DNA of 64,000 nucleotides from Desulfobacterales bacterium (GTDB lineage: Bacteria; Desulfobacterota; Desulfobacteria; Desulfobacterales; UBA2174). The translations under genes were made by a program, and so were the position numbers. Numbering within the stretch: the stretch's first letter is position 1; each line of letters begins with the position of its first letter. Below, in pieces: positions 29,867 through 41,585 of this stretch. The notes under the pieces are model-generated. The model saw only the letters and a program-made list of their open reading frames with translations. It was not told the DNA's origin and did no database searches. The stretch covers positions 66,998-130,997 of the forward strand of contig CAXXWC010000014.1 in the NCBI GenBank assembly GCA_963668645.2, given 5' to 3'.

Positions 29867-31636
29867 TTTCTTGCCGCACTCGGGGCAGTCCACCTCCGTC
29901 TCCACGCCCTTGCCCTTTATCTGGCGCATGTTGGACTTGGCCTCTTCCAGGGCCTTGGAAAAGGGGCCGTAGAAATCGCCCAAAAGCTTGCGCCAGTTGG
30001 TGTCGCCCTCTTCCACCTTGTCCAGGGAACGCTCCAGCCCGGCGGTGAAATCCACCTCCATGATCTGGGGGAAGCTCTCCACCAAAAGGTCGTTGACCAC
30101 CAAACCCAACTCGGAGGGGGCCAGCCTTTTACCTTTCAGGCGCTGCACATAGTCTTTGTCCTGCAGGGTGGAAAGTATGCTGGCATAGGTCGAGGGGCGG
30201 CCGATGCCCTTTTCCTCCAGCTCCTTCACCAGGCTGGCCTCGGTGAACCTGGGCGGCGGCTGGGTGAAATGCTGCTTGGGATCCAGCTTGTCGAGCTTCA
30301 GTTTGTCGCCCTCCCGCACCGGGGGCAGCATGCCGTCCTGGGGCTTGTCTTTACCGTTTTCCGCCTCGTCCTTGTCCTCCACATACACCGCCATGAAGCC
30401 CTTGAACACCAGCACCTGGCCGGAGGCCCGGAAAAGGGCGGGCCCGGCGGTTATTTCGAGCTGGGTCTGGTCGAACACGGCCGGAGCCATCTGGCAGGCC
30501 ATGAAGCGGTTCCAGATGAGGCGGTAGAGTTTCAGCTCGTCCCGCTTCAGGTACTTGGCCATGCTTTCCGGGGTGCGGGCCGCGGCGGTGGGGCGGATGG
30601 CCTCGTGGGCGTCCTGGGCCGAGCCCTTGGTTTTGTAAAAGTTGGGCTTTGCCGGCAGATAGTCCGGCCCGAAGCGGCCGGCTATGACCTCGCGGGCCTC
30701 GTCCACCGCCTGGCCGGCCAGGCGCACCGAGTCGGTACGCATATAGGTAATGAGGCCCACCTGGCCCTGATCGGTTTCCTGGCCCTCGTAGAGCCTTTGG
30801 GCCAGGGCCATGGTGCGCTTGGGGGTAAAGCCCAGCTTGCGGAAGGCTTCCTGTTGCAGGGTGGAGGTGATAAACGGCGGCGCGGGCCTTTGGTTGCGCT
30901 TTCTTTTCTTGATGCCGGTTACGATGTAGTCGGCGTTTTCAATGGCCTTAAGCCCCGCGTCGGTTTGGTCCTTGGTCTTGGGGTCGAATTTCTTGTTGTC
31001 CAGCCTGGCCAGCCGGGCGGTGAAAGGCGGAGGCTCGGCCGCCTCCAAATGGGCGGTTATGTCCCAGTATTCCTGGGGTTCGAAGGCCTGGATGGCGCGT
31101 TCGCGCTCCACCACCAGGCGCAGCGCCACCGACTGCACCCTGCCCGCGGAAAGCCCCCTTTTCACCTTTTCCCACAAAAGCGGAGATATCTGGTAGCCCA
31201 CCAGCCTGTCCAGCACCCGGCGGGCTTGCTGGCTGTCGTAGCGGTGCTGGTTAAGCTTCAGCGGCTCGGCCACCGCCTTTTGGATAGCCTTTTTGGTCAG
31301 CTCGTGGAAGAGTACCCGGTGATACTCGTCCAGGGGGCGGCCCAGCTGCTGGGCGATGTGCATGGCGATTGCCTCGCCCTCGCGGTCCGGGTCGGGCGCC
31401 AGGAAAACCGAATCGGCGCCTTTGGCCGCTTGGCGCAGCTCCTTGATGATTTTTTCCTTGCCCTTGATCACCTGATACTTGGGCTGGAACTCATGCTCCA
31501 GATCCACGCCCAAATCCTTGGGCGGCAGATCCACCACATGGCCCACCGAGGCCTTGACCACGAAATCCGGGCCCAGATATTTGTTGATGGTGCGCGCCTT
31601 GGCCGGCGATTCCACTATGAGCAGATTCTTGGACAT
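29864..31636 (-). CDS. topA: DNA topoisomerase I, C-terminal Zn-ribbons cut off at the junction
   Basis: IVESPAKA; DPDREGEAI; SAGRVQS; ITYMRTDS; GIGRPSTY; ends at CPECGKKM. Confidence 0.95.
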
Positions 31637-31886
31637 CTGAATTCTTCTTTATCAGGGTGTTGCGGCGGCCATCCAAGGCTTTTGCCGCAACAGTTAACTT
31701 GCCAAACCGAATTTTACCAATTTACTCAAATCGCTAGCTTTTTCAAGGGGTGCGATTTGACGGTGCCGCCAGCGGCATTTCCCGGAGCCGTGTTTGAAAT
31801 ATTTCCGGCGGACCGCATGGGCCGGGGCTCACACCGCCCGGGAGCCCCGGGCCGCGCCCGCCCGGCGGGTTGCCCGCAACCGCCAG

Positions 31887-33014
31887 CTAGGCCTGGCTTT
31901 TCAAAACATAATTGCGGCCGGGCAGGCCCTCCACCAAATCGGCCATCTCCAGGGTGACCAAAAGCGCGTTCACCTCCTGGGCCATGAGCCCGGTTTCCCT
32001 CACCAAGACATCGGCGTGCACCGGCTCCGGCCCCAAATGCCCCAAGAGCCGTGCCGCGTCCGGGGGCAAATCTCCGGCCGGGTCCGGCTTGGGCTCCCCA
32101 ACCGGAGCCAAAAGCGACTCGGGCAGCCCCCCCGGCCCCAGGATATCCCGGGCCGAGTCCAAAAGCCTGGCCCCCTGGCGGATCAGCTCGTGGGTGCCTT
32201 CCACCCCCGGGGTCCCCACCGGGCCGGGCACCGCGAAAACCTCCCGCCCCTGGTCCAGGGCGTGGCGGGCGGTGATCAGGGAACCGCTTTTGATGCCGCC
32301 TTCCACCACCACCACCGCGCGGCAAAGCCCGCTTATCACCCGGTTGCGGATGGGAAAATTGGCCGCGTTCGGCCTGGCGCCCAGGGGAAACTCGCTCAGC
32401 ACCGCGCCTTTTTCCGCCATCTCCTCCATGAGTTCCATGTTGTCCGGCGGATAACCCACATCCAGGCCGCAGCCCAAAACCCCCACGGTGTGGCCCCCGG
32501 CCGACAGCGCCCCCCGGTGGGCGGAGGCGTCTATGCCCCGGGCCAAACCGGAAACCACGCAGAGCCCCCCGGCGGCCAGGTCCCGCCCCAGGGTAAAGGC
32601 CACTCTTTTGCCATAGGGGCTCATCCTGCGGGAGCCCACCAGGGCCACACCGCCGGGCAGGCAGGGGGCAAGATCGCCTCTCAGGAAAAGTACCGGCGGC
32701 GGTGCGTATACCTGGGCCAAAAGGGGCGGGTAGTCTTGGTCCTCCAGGGTGACCACCCTGGCTTTCATTTTATATAGCCGGTCCAGTTCCTTTTCAGGGT
32801 CCCGGCCCCAGCGCTTTCGGCTTATGGCCTCGGCCAGCTCCGGGCCTATGCCGGCGACGGCCTCCAGCCTCGCCCTGGCCGCCCCCAGCACCGCGCCGGG
32901 GGAGCCCAAATTCCCCACCAGGCGGGCGAAACGGACCGAGCCCACCCCGGGGATGAGCCTCAAACCCAGCCAATCCAGAACCTTTTGTTCCCGGCTATGC
33001 CCTTCGCCCCCCAT
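31887..33014 (-). CDS. dprA: DNA-protecting protein DprA
   Basis: VGSR; VSGLARGID; NFPIRNRVISG; SGSLITA; lies upstream of topA as usual. Confidence 0.95.
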   Translation of the reverse strand: MGGEGHSREQKVLDWLGLRLIPGVGSVRFARLVGNLGSPGAVLGAARARLEAVAGIGPELAEAISRKRWGRDPEKELDRLYKMKARVVTLEDQDYPPLLAQVYAPPPVLFLRGDLAPCLPGGVALVGSRRMSPYGKRVAFTLGRDLAAGGLCVVSGLARGIDASAHRGALSAGGHTVGVLGCGLDVGYPPDNMELMEEMAEKGAVLSEFPLGARPNAANFPIRNRVISGLCRAVVVVEGGIKSGSLITARHALDQGREVFAVPGPVGTPGVEGTHELIRQGARLLDSARDILGPGGLPESLLAPVGEPKPDPAGDLPPDAARLLGHLGPEPVHADVLVRETGLMAQEVNALLVTLEMADLVEGLPGRNYVLKSQA

Positions 33015-33273
33015 GAAAACTTCCTCCGAACGGGGCCTTCCCCAACCCGCGGGGTTTTCGACCCGTGGACCTTGGAAGCTAACCACGCCCGAAGCGTCCG
33101 TCAAGACTTTTTAAGCTTGCGGGGCGGGCGACTGGCTTGCCTATAATGCCCTAAGAGTCCATTTTGGCGTTAAATTCCTTGTTTTTCGGAAGCCCGGTGA
33201 AAAAGGCATGCTTTGCCCCTTGCCAGGCCGCGCCTCCAAACGATACAGTTTTTAAGCCGATGTCGGAAAACCC

Positions 33274-34791
33274 TTGCGAAATGGGATCATGAAGCGGTTT
33301 CTTGCCCTAACAGCGATCATCTGCTGCCTGCTCGCGGTTGCGGGGCCCGCCCGCGCCTCGGATTTCATCACCGAGCCCTGGAACCTGGCCCTGGTGGTGG
33401 ACGGCTCCACCAGGCTGGACCGCCCCTGGCTCAGGTCCACTCCCCGGGCGGCCCTGTCCGGCGCCTTGCAGTTGGAGCTGCGCTCGCTTCCGCTTAGGGT
33501 CACGGCCGCGGTATGGGAAAGCTGCCGAAAAGGCGCGCGGAACCTGGTGCCCCCCACCGCCTCTCCCAAATTGAAAGGCTGCAACCTGGCGCTCTTGCCC
33601 GGAGAGGGCGGCCCGGACCTGGGGCCGGGCATGAAAGCCGCCCTGGCCTGGCTAGGGGCCTCCGGCGGGGGCAGCCTGCTTCTCATCTCCGCCGGCGGCG
33701 GCCCCATCCAAACCCTGGGGCCGGACATTTTCGCCAAACCGGGCGGGATCTACTGCCATGCCCTTGGCGTGGGAGAGGATCAGCCCGGGCTGGCCAAGCT
33801 GGTGCTGGACGGCGGCGGCAGCTTCCGCCTGGCGCCCAAACCCACCCGCATGGGGCTTTTCCTGCACGGCGCGGTGAAAGACGCCATAAGCCCCGCCAAT
33901 TTGCTCATAAAAGCCGCCGACGCCGAGAACCGCCCCCTGGCCACGGTCTATCACATCCTGCGCCGGGGGGTGCGGGCCAAGCCCCGGCCGGCGCTCACCG
34001 GGCGCAAGGTGCAGCTTGCCGCCGGCAGCTACGGCCTGACCTGGCCGGACAAGAAAACCATGGGCCCGGGCGAGCCTCCCTCCCACGTGAAGGTCGGGCT
34101 GGAGGGCACCACCCTGCTTTGGGCCGGCGGGGTGGCCAAGCTTCTCATAAAACCCCTGGGGCTCACCAAGAGCAAGCGGCCCTGGCGGGTAAAGGTGTCC
34201 CGGGTGAGGGACGGCAAGATGGTCTCGCCCTACCGCCAGGTTCCCCTGGAGCTGTCGCTCCCCACCGGGCGCTATCTGGTGGGTTCCATAGCCCCGGCCC
34301 TGAACTGGAAGCTCAGCCTGGCCCCGGGCCAGGACCTCACCCTGGGCATCGGCCTGCCGGGCGGCCTGACCGCGAGGCTCGCCGGCCCCGGCGGCCCGGC
34401 CCGGGTGCCCTTCGAGGCCACGGCCATCCTGGAAGACCGCAAGCCCTACACCGGCTACACCGGCTACCGTTTGCGGCTGGCGCCGGGGCCCTACAGGATA
34501 AAGGTGCTCACCACGCCTCCCTTGTGGCGCAAGGTGGACATAAGCCCCCAAAAGGACTCCGTGCTGGAGCTTCCCACGGTGGGCAAGCTCACCATCCGCG
34601 ACCCCAGGGGCAAGCCCATGCCCTTTGTGCTCCACGACGCCGGGGGCCGGCTTTTGGCCAAGGGCAGGGGAGGGGAGCTTTTGTTTTTACAACCGGGAGC
34701 CTACCTGGTGAAAACCGCCGGACTGGACCAGCTTTTCAAGGTGAGGGTCGCGGCGGGCCGGGTGACCACCCTGCAGACCCCCGGGCAATAG
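33274..34791 (+). CDS. Hypothetical exported protein (degenerate vWA-like N-terminus + beta-rich repeats)
   Basis: Signal peptide; LVVDGS; repeated L..G.Y segments. Confidence 0.55.
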   Translation: MRNGIMKRFLALTAIICCLLAVAGPARASDFITEPWNLALVVDGSTRLDRPWLRSTPRAALSGALQLELRSLPLRVTAAVWESCRKGARNLVPPTASPKLKGCNLALLPGEGGPDLGPGMKAALAWLGASGGGSLLLISAGGGPIQTLGPDIFAKPGGIYCHALGVGEDQPGLAKLVLDGGGSFRLAPKPTRMGLFLHGAVKDAISPANLLIKAADAENRPLATVYHILRRGVRAKPRPALTGRKVQLAAGSYGLTWPDKKTMGPGEPPSHVKVGLEGTTLLWAGGVAKLLIKPLGLTKSKRPWRVKVSRVRDGKMVSPYRQVPLELSLPTGRYLVGSIAPALNWKLSLAPGQDLTLGIGLPGGLTARLAGPGGPARVPFEATAILEDRKPYTGYTGYRLRLAPGPYRIKVLTTPPLWRKVDISPQKDSVLELPTVGKLTIRDPRGKPMPFVLHDAGGRLLAKGRGGELLFLQPGAYLVKTAGLDQLFKVRVAAGRVTTLQTPGQ

Positions 34792-34800
34792 GTCCGGAGG

Positions 34801-35722
34801 ATGCCGAGCCTATTGGAGCCCGCCTTGGAATGCGCAAAGCCCGAAACCGCCCCACTTGGCGGCATCATAAAAACCGCGCTCAAACAGGACCCCATTGACC
34901 TGGGCGTCTTTCTCGGGCAACTGGACCGGCTTATTCCGGAAGAGCTGTCGGTGCACACCACCGGCGATGGAGGCGTGCTGCGGGTTGCCAGCCGCAGCGG
35001 TAAATACGAAAGTAAAAAAGAACGCCTGGCCATGGTTGGCGACAAAGACAAACCTGGCGAAGTGGAGTTCTCGCGGGCCATGTTCAACCGGCGGAGCTTA
35101 AAAACCCCGCAGGGTGAGTTCAAGGTGATCGCCTACGAAGCTCCCCTGTTGCGAAAGCCCAAGGGAGGCGCTTCGCGCAAAGGAGAGGTTTCGCGCAAGG
35201 TGGCGTGCGATCTGGTGTGCATCAGTGAGGAACCGCCGTGGAGGCTGGTGGCGCTGGAGGTAAAAAGCCGCAAAAACAAGCCCACCAATCATCGACTACG
35301 GCCTGCTGGAGGCCAGGGCCTACGCCCATTACCTCCAGACGTTTCTTGATGACCCCGTGTACGGCCCCGAACTGTGCCTTGAAATCGCGAAATGCCTCGA
35401 CTGGTACCATGGAGTCAGGCAAGAACTCAGCCCCGATCTGGTTTCCATCGGGTACGCCGTGGCCGCCCCCGATTGGTATTTTGAGGAGCAGCGCCGGGAC
35501 GACCGAATTTTCGCACGGGCCGCTTCGATCCTGGAGAGATTCGCCGGAGAGCCCCGGCCAAAATTTTCGGGGTTTTGGTCTTTGCAATGCCGCGGCAAGG
35601 ATATTCCCGTGAGCTACTCGCAACAGGACGGGGGCGAGGCCTGGCTGCCCGCATTGCAGCCGCAGGTTTCGCTTGAAATCATACCTGACGCCAAGGCTCT
35701 GGCTCTGTTGCAATGCACCTGA
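34801..35722 (+). CDS. PD-(D/E)XK nuclease-like protein (one frameshift near 35288)
   Basis: YEAP...CDLV...LEVK, then in another frame LLEARAY. Confidence 0.6.
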
Positions 35723-36643
35723 TAATCCACCGCGGCGCCTCGGAAATAGGCGGAAACATCGTCGAGTTGGGCTCGGCGGCCTTACGGTCAAGGCCCACCC
35801 CGTGGATCATTCGGCCTTTGACTCCCGGGCCCTTGAAGTTTCATGCGGCCCCGAGCGGGTCGTATATACCGGCGATTTGCGGGCGCACGGCCGCACCTCG
35901 GCCAGGTTCGCCGATTGGCCCGCAATATAAAACCGGAACCGGACGTTTTATTGTTGGAGGGGACCCAAATGGGCCGTTCCGGAAAAGGCGGCCCACCGGT
36001 TTCCGAGCATGAGGTCGAGGCCGGGATGCGCCGGCTGATGCAGTCATGGGACGGCCTGGCCCTGGTTGGGTTTTCCCCCCTGAACCTCGACCGGATGGTG
36101 TCGGTTTTCAAGGCCGCCAAATCCAGCGGGCGCTGCCTTTTGGTGGACCCTTACGCCGCCTTGATTCTGCGGGGGCTCGCCGATTGACCCCATATGCCGA
36201 AGCCCGGCTGGGACGGCCTCAGGGTATGGTTTCCCGGCCGGATAACCCCCTGGATGTCTCGCCTGGGGCTCGGGGATCAACTTGAATCGTTGCGAAAAAC
36301 CGGAGTCAGGTTGGAGCCGATAAGGAACAGGCCCGGCAAGTATGCTTTTCTGTTCCGCCCAAGTTTGCTGCGGGATATCCCGGAGCAGGTTCGGGGCAGC
36401 GTTTTGCACATATACTCCATGTGGTCCGGATACCTGCGCAGACCGGATTGGCGGGAAGCATTGTTACATCCCATGATTGGGCGGATGGAACAGGTGCATG
36501 CCAGCGGCCACGCGGCGGTATCGGATTTGGCATGGTTGTGCGAGCGCATCCGCCCCAAAATGGTGGCGCCGAATAAGCCACCCAGCAGCAAGCTACGGGG
36601 TATTAAACGGATCAAGATTTATTTGATAGCTAAGCAAGCTTAG
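35713..36643 (+). pseudogene. RNase J-like MBL/beta-CASP hydrolase, decayed
   Basis: IHRGASEIGGN; VDHSAFD; YTGDLRAHGR; LLLEGT; YSMWSGY; HASGHA; HxHxDH region absent; frameshifts and a stop. Confidence 0.8.
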
Positions 36644-36669
36644 GGGAATGTATCCCTCTAAGGGATTCA
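36571..36669. mobile_element. 99-bp palindromic MITE (IS200/IS605 PATE-like), copy 1
   Basis: Near-identical to 51854-51952; hairpins CCC..CAGCAAGCTACGGGG and CTAAGCAAGCTTAG. Confidence 0.75.
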
Positions 36670-37014
36670 CACCGCGAATCCCGGATGGTATGAACGGCTT
36701 TTCCCTGGCGCGGTGCGGTTGGCAAACGGTGAACAACTTGACCTATGATCAGATGCGCCGCGGCCGGGCCTGGTGCCAAAGATCGACCATATCCGGTTGA
36801 AGTATGGCGTAAAGCATTTCAGGCGGAGTAAGATATCCCGAGGCGTGACAAAATGTTTGCGGGAAACGCGGAACAAGCCGTGATAGGCGCGGGGCGGCAG
36901 CATTGACAGGCGGGATTGCGGCGGGTTATTGTGAACTACTTCGCCCGCCGGTTGCCCTTTGATTTCAAAGGCCGGATCCTCATGTCAGGGGATTCCGGGG
37001 CGGGAGGGTTTTTT

Positions 37015-38791
37015 ATGAGCGAGGCATGGCAAGACAAGCCCTGGTCCAAGGACTGGCCCGGGGAAGTGCCCCACACCGTGGAAATCCCCGAGATCGGCCT
37101 GGGCGATCTGCTGAGGGACGCCGCCCAAAAGTATTCCGACCAAAAAGCCATAGTGTTTTTGGATTCGGTGCTCACCTATGGCCAGTTGGACGACATGGTG
37201 GACCGCATGGCCACCTCCCTGGCCGGGCTGGGCCTGAAAAAGGGCGATGTGGTGGCTATCATGCTGCCCAACTCCCACCAGTTCGTCATAGCCTTTTACG
37301 CCTGCCAGCGCCTTGGCGTGACCGTGACCACCATAAACCCCACCTACAAGCCCATGGAGGTCAAGCACCAGTTGAACGACTCCGGGGCCAAGGCCCTGGT
37401 GGTGCTGGATTCGGTCTATGAATCGCCCGGCAAGATCCTGGCCGACACCAAGGTGGAGCACCTCATCGGCACCAACGTGGTGGATTTGTGCGGTTTTTCG
37501 GCCATCAAGGTGTTTTTGGGCAAGCTCCTTAAAAAAATCCCCACCGGAACCATGCCGGCCGACGCGCTCAAGTTCCCCGATCTGCTCAAAGTGGAACCCA
37601 ACCCGCCCAAGGTGGAGATAAACCCGGCCGAGGACATCGCGGTGTTGCAATACACCGGCGGCACCACCGGCATACCCAAGGGCGCCATGCTCACCGCCAA
37701 AAACCTGACGGCCAATGTGATCCAGGGAGCTTCCTGGCTGGGCGGGGCACAAGCCAGGCTGGGGCTGGGTGGGGGTGCTGCCTTTGTTCCACGTCTTCGC
37801 CATGACCTGCTGCATGAACATCGCCATCGGCACCGGCGGGTTCCAGCTTTTGTTCCCCCAGCCCCCCAAGGAAATGACCGAGTGGGCGGCCCAGATCCAG
37901 AAATGGGGCAAGGGCACCTCCCTGGTCATGGCAGGGGTGGCCATATTGTTCAACAAGATAAACCACACCGACGGACTGGAGAAATACGACCTCAGCCCGC
38001 TTAAAAAATGCCTTTCCGGCGCGGGGCCCCTGCCCAGAGAGGTGCAGCTCACCTTCGAGAAAAAAGTCGGCTCCCTGGTGGTGGAGGGCTACGGCCTGTC
38101 CGAGTCTTCGCCGGTGGTCACGGCCAACCCCTTTGAAACCCAGGAGGGCAAAGAGAGGGTCATGGGCTCCATCGGGCTGCCCATTCCCAATACCGACTGC
38201 AAGATTATGGACATAGGCACCGGCGAAACGGAGATGGAGCTTTTCCCCGCCGAGCTGGACCCGGACAAGGTGGACGCCAAGGACGAGGACAACCGCTATG
38301 TGGGCGAGCTGGTGGTGAAGGGCCCCCAGGTGATGAAGGGCTACTACAACCGGCCCGGCGAAAGCGACATGGCGCTGAGGGACGGCTGGCTCTACACCGG
38401 CGACATCGCGGTTATGAACGACCGGGGCTGGATATTCATCAAGGACCGTGCCCGGGACCTGGTCAAGTACAAGGGCTATTCGGTCTTCCCCAAGGAGGTG
38501 GAGGACTACATGTTCAACCACCCGGACATCCTGGAGGTGGCGGTGATCGGCGTGCCCCAGCCGGGCGGCACCACCGAGCTTTTAAAGGCCTTTGTGGTGC
38601 TGAAAGCGGGGCTGGAGCCTTCCCCGGAAAAGGCGAAGGAGATTATCGCCTGGTGCCGGGAAAACATGGTGCACTACAAGGTGCCTTCGGCGGTTGAATT
38701 CCGCAAGGACCTGCCCAAGACCATGGTGGGCAAGGTGCTGCGCAGGATGCTGAGAGACGAGGAAAGCGGCGCGGAGAACAAACCGGCATGA
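37015..38791 (+). CDS. Long-chain fatty acid-CoA ligase (frameshift in a G-run near 37770)
   Basis: YTGGTTGIPKG; EGYGLSE; WLYTGDIA; PKTMVGKVLRR. Confidence 0.93.
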
Positions 38792-39927
38792 CAGCCGGCC
38801 GACCGGGCCTCTATGTCCACCTGCCCCTTTGCCCGGCCCGCTGCCCCTACTGCGATTTCTCGGCGCGGAAATACACCATGCAAGAGGCCGGCCTTTTAAG
38901 GGCCGGCCTCCCGCTTCATCTGGGGATGCTGGCGGCAAGGGAAGGCCGGGCCGGCCTTTCCAGCGTGTACTTCGGCGGCGGCACGCCCAGCATGTTTCCG
39001 GCCGGATTCGTCGCCGGGCTGATGGGTGACGTCGCCGGCGGCTTGGGCCTGGCCCCCGGGGCGGAGGTGAGCCTGGAGGCCAACCCCGGCACCCTTAGCC
39101 CGGCCAAGCTGTCCCTTTTGCGCGGGGCCGGCATCAACCGGCTCAGCCTGGGGGCCCAGAGCTTTGACGATGACCTGCTGCGCGGCCTGGGCCGGCCCCA
39201 CGACGCCGCCCGCACCAGGCTGGCCGCGGGCTGGGCCAGAAGGGCCGGGTTTGAAAACCTGAGCCTGGATCTGATCTACGGCCTGCCCGGCCAAAACCGG
39301 GAACAGGCCCTGGCCGATGTGCGCAGCGCCCTGGAGCTCACCCCCGATCATGTCTCCCTTTACGAGCTGACCCTTTCGCCGGACACCCCCTTTGGCCGGA
39401 AATATGAAAAGGGGCGCCCGCCGCTTCCGGACGAGGACAGCCTGGCCGAATTCGAGTCAGAGGCCAGGGCGCTTCTGGAACAGGCCGGCCTGGAACGCTA
39501 CGAGGTGAGCAACTTCGCCCGGCCCGGGTTCGAGTGCCGCCACAACCAATCCACCTGGCAAGGCGGCGACTACCTGGCCCTGGGTCCCGGGGCTCACGGG
39601 CACAAAGCCGGCACGCGCTGGGCCCTCATTGCCGACAGCGCGGCCTATCTGGCAAGGGTCCGTTCCGGCGAGGAGCCGCTGGAGTTTCGCGAGGAGCTGA
39701 CTCCGGAACAAAGGGCGGCCGAGCTTTTCATCCTGGGGCTGCGCACCCTGCGCGGGGTTGATCTGGCCCGGGTGGAGGGGATCATTGTCCAACCGGCAAG
39801 GGAAGCCTATGCGCCCCAGCTCGGGCGGCTTACCGGGCTGGGCTGGGCCGGGCTGGAGGGGGGCTTTTTGCGGCCCACCGCCAAGGGCCTGGACCTGGCC
39901 GACGCCGCGGGGGAAATGTTCGTCTGA
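38788..39927 (+). CDS. hemW: Radical SAM heme chaperone HemW
   Basis: YVHLPLCPARCPYCDF; GGGTPS; YEVSNF...HNQSTW. Confidence 0.9.
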   Translation: MTAGRPGLYVHLPLCPARCPYCDFSARKYTMQEAGLLRAGLPLHLGMLAAREGRAGLSSVYFGGGTPSMFPAGFVAGLMGDVAGGLGLAPGAEVSLEANPGTLSPAKLSLLRGAGINRLSLGAQSFDDDLLRGLGRPHDAARTRLAAGWARRAGFENLSLDLIYGLPGQNREQALADVRSALELTPDHVSLYELTLSPDTPFGRKYEKGRPPLPDEDSLAEFESEARALLEQAGLERYEVSNFARPGFECRHNQSTWQGGDYLALGPGAHGHKAGTRWALIADSAAYLARVRSGEEPLEFREELTPEQRAAELFILGLRTLRGVDLARVEGIIVQPAREAYAPQLGRLTGLGWAGLEGGFLRPTAKGLDLADAAGEMFV

Positions 39928-40025
39928 CCCTCTTGCGGGGGAAGACGCCCCGCCGGCGCCAAACAAGGCGTCTCCATAGTTGGCTTAGCCGCAACCTACC
40001 GTTCGTGTCCAGGAAAAGAGCCAGC

Positions 40026-40470
40026 CCCCCCCGGGAAAAAATGGCTCTATCCGGTTGCTGTAAACCACGGCCAACTTCTACCTGACACGGGTCCAGCTAC
40101 AGATCCCGGCTTCGAGAAAAAGCGCTACGTGATAAACTCAAATAGCCGACAACCGCCTACCCGATGGACCGTAGAGCCAGGGGGCCAAGGGGCTAGGGGG
40201 GCACCCCTAAAAAGGCTGCCTACGGCAGGTGAAAGGGGGAGCTATCGATTTTTCAATAGATGCGATTACACGATAACCCCACACCCATTCGCCGGCGGCG
40301 GCCCGCCGCCCCTTTGCCCCCTGGCGACCCCCGCACCCCCCTCCCAATGACGGCCGTGCCAACTTAAAAGGCTCCCGGCCCGGTGAGGCCGTCTTTCAAC
40401 AGCCACGCGCATGCGGGCAGACTATCTGTGCTGGAATGAAATGCTATTTCAGGCGGGACGCTGGATGGCG
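40026..40470. repeat. Non-coding repeat family, copy A (with ~150-bp palindromic insert)
   Basis: Shares GGAAAAATGGCTCTATCC...CTTCTACCTGA...TCCCGG and CCGGTGAGGCC...GAAATGCTATTTCAGG.GGGACGCT with 60698-60990. Confidence 0.8.
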
Positions 40471-40701
40471 GTAGGAGTGTAATTAAAGGGCTTTTCCTCT
40501 GGACCGGGCACGGATAATATCTATGCTTTTCGGGTCCTTCAACGCATCCATCAACTAAACCCACCATAAGCAATTTCAATCCCCGTCAACAACTCCCAGT
40601 ACCAGGATGTTGGTGAAACCCGCAGAGCCCAACCAACCACTTCCTGCATAGAACCGGATCACTTTGTTTGGGAGGGGGTTTTGGGGGGGGGGGGGGCGGG
40701 G

Positions 40702-40743
40702 GGACTGGGGGAAACCTTTACAAAGGGTTCCCCCAGTCCCCCC
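40702..40743. repeat. REP-like hairpin
   Basis: GGGACTGGGGGAAACCTTT / AAAGGGTTCCCCCAGTCCC. Confidence 0.6.
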
Positions 40744-40890
40744 CGGGAAAAAATGGCTCTATCCCGTTCCTGTAAACCACGGCCAATCTTCTACCTGATA
40801 CGGCTACGGCTACAGTTCCCGGCTTTTAGAAAGAACACCACGTGAGGAACCCAGAAATAGAATAGCGTCGCAGGCTCGATAGCACATGGA
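40738..40890. repeat. Non-coding repeat family, copy B (5' half)
   Basis: Collinear with copies A and C. Confidence 0.8.
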
Positions 40891-41035
40891 GCCAGCGCCT
40901 TTCCGGAGGCGGCATTCCCGGTGGCTTGCCGCTTTTATTATTCGACTTGGCGTTTTGGGGTGCCGCGCTCTTGGCGTGGGGTCCTTCATTCCTGCCCGCC
41001 GGCTGGCGAAAAACCCAATGAAAAGCCCGTGCCCC

Positions 41036-41377
41036 TCACCGGTTGATAATTTCACTGTAAGCGGAGCGGTACCCCCTTCTTTCCCGTTTTCCGTTGCCGT
41101 TGGACATGGTCAAAACCAGGGCGCAGACCAGCACCACCACGACCACGCCCACCCAAAAGGCGCGGTGCTTCAGATAGGAGGCAAAAGCCCGCCAGTTTAT
41201 GGTCAGATGCAGCATGGCCGCCGCTAAAAAGCAAAGGCCGAGCCACTTGTGCAGGCTGGCGATGCTTCCGGTTTTGAGGTGTAAAAACAGTAAAATGCCG
41301 GTCAGGGCCACCACCAGGAGCGTCAGCCCCGCCAGCAGGCTGGTGATTCGCCTGGTCTCCATCTTCACTTTCATCAA
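41036..41377 (-). CDS. DUF4405 membrane protein
   Basis: LTGILL; LHKWLG...LHL..NW. Confidence 0.8.
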   Translation of the reverse strand: MMKVKMETRRITSLLAGLTLLVVALTGILLFLHLKTGSIASLHKWLGLCFLAAAMLHLTINWRAFASYLKHRAFWVGVVVVVLVCALVLTMSNGNGKRERRGYRSAYSEIINR

Positions 41378-41585
41378 TCCACTCCGCTTGGCGGCCTGTC
41401 TTGCGACAGCCAGCTCAGGTTCAAATCATTTTTGGCCCGGAAAGAGCACCTGCGCAATCCTGCCTGCCACGGAGCGGCAAACCGATCAAGTTTTATTTCA
41501 GCAGGTCTGCGGGAAGGGTGTCCCATAAAGGGAGGCCAAGGGGCCCGCAAGCCGACTCTGGGCGGGGCGCGGCAAAGGCGCACGC

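Noticed and set aside
29267..31636. 789-aa topoisomerase-membrane fusion protein
   Set aside because: Better explained as a junction artefact at 29864-29866
40680..40702. Long G-run as a phase-variation tract or G-quadruplex
   Set aside because: Intergenic and in an error-prone region where homopolymer length is unreliable
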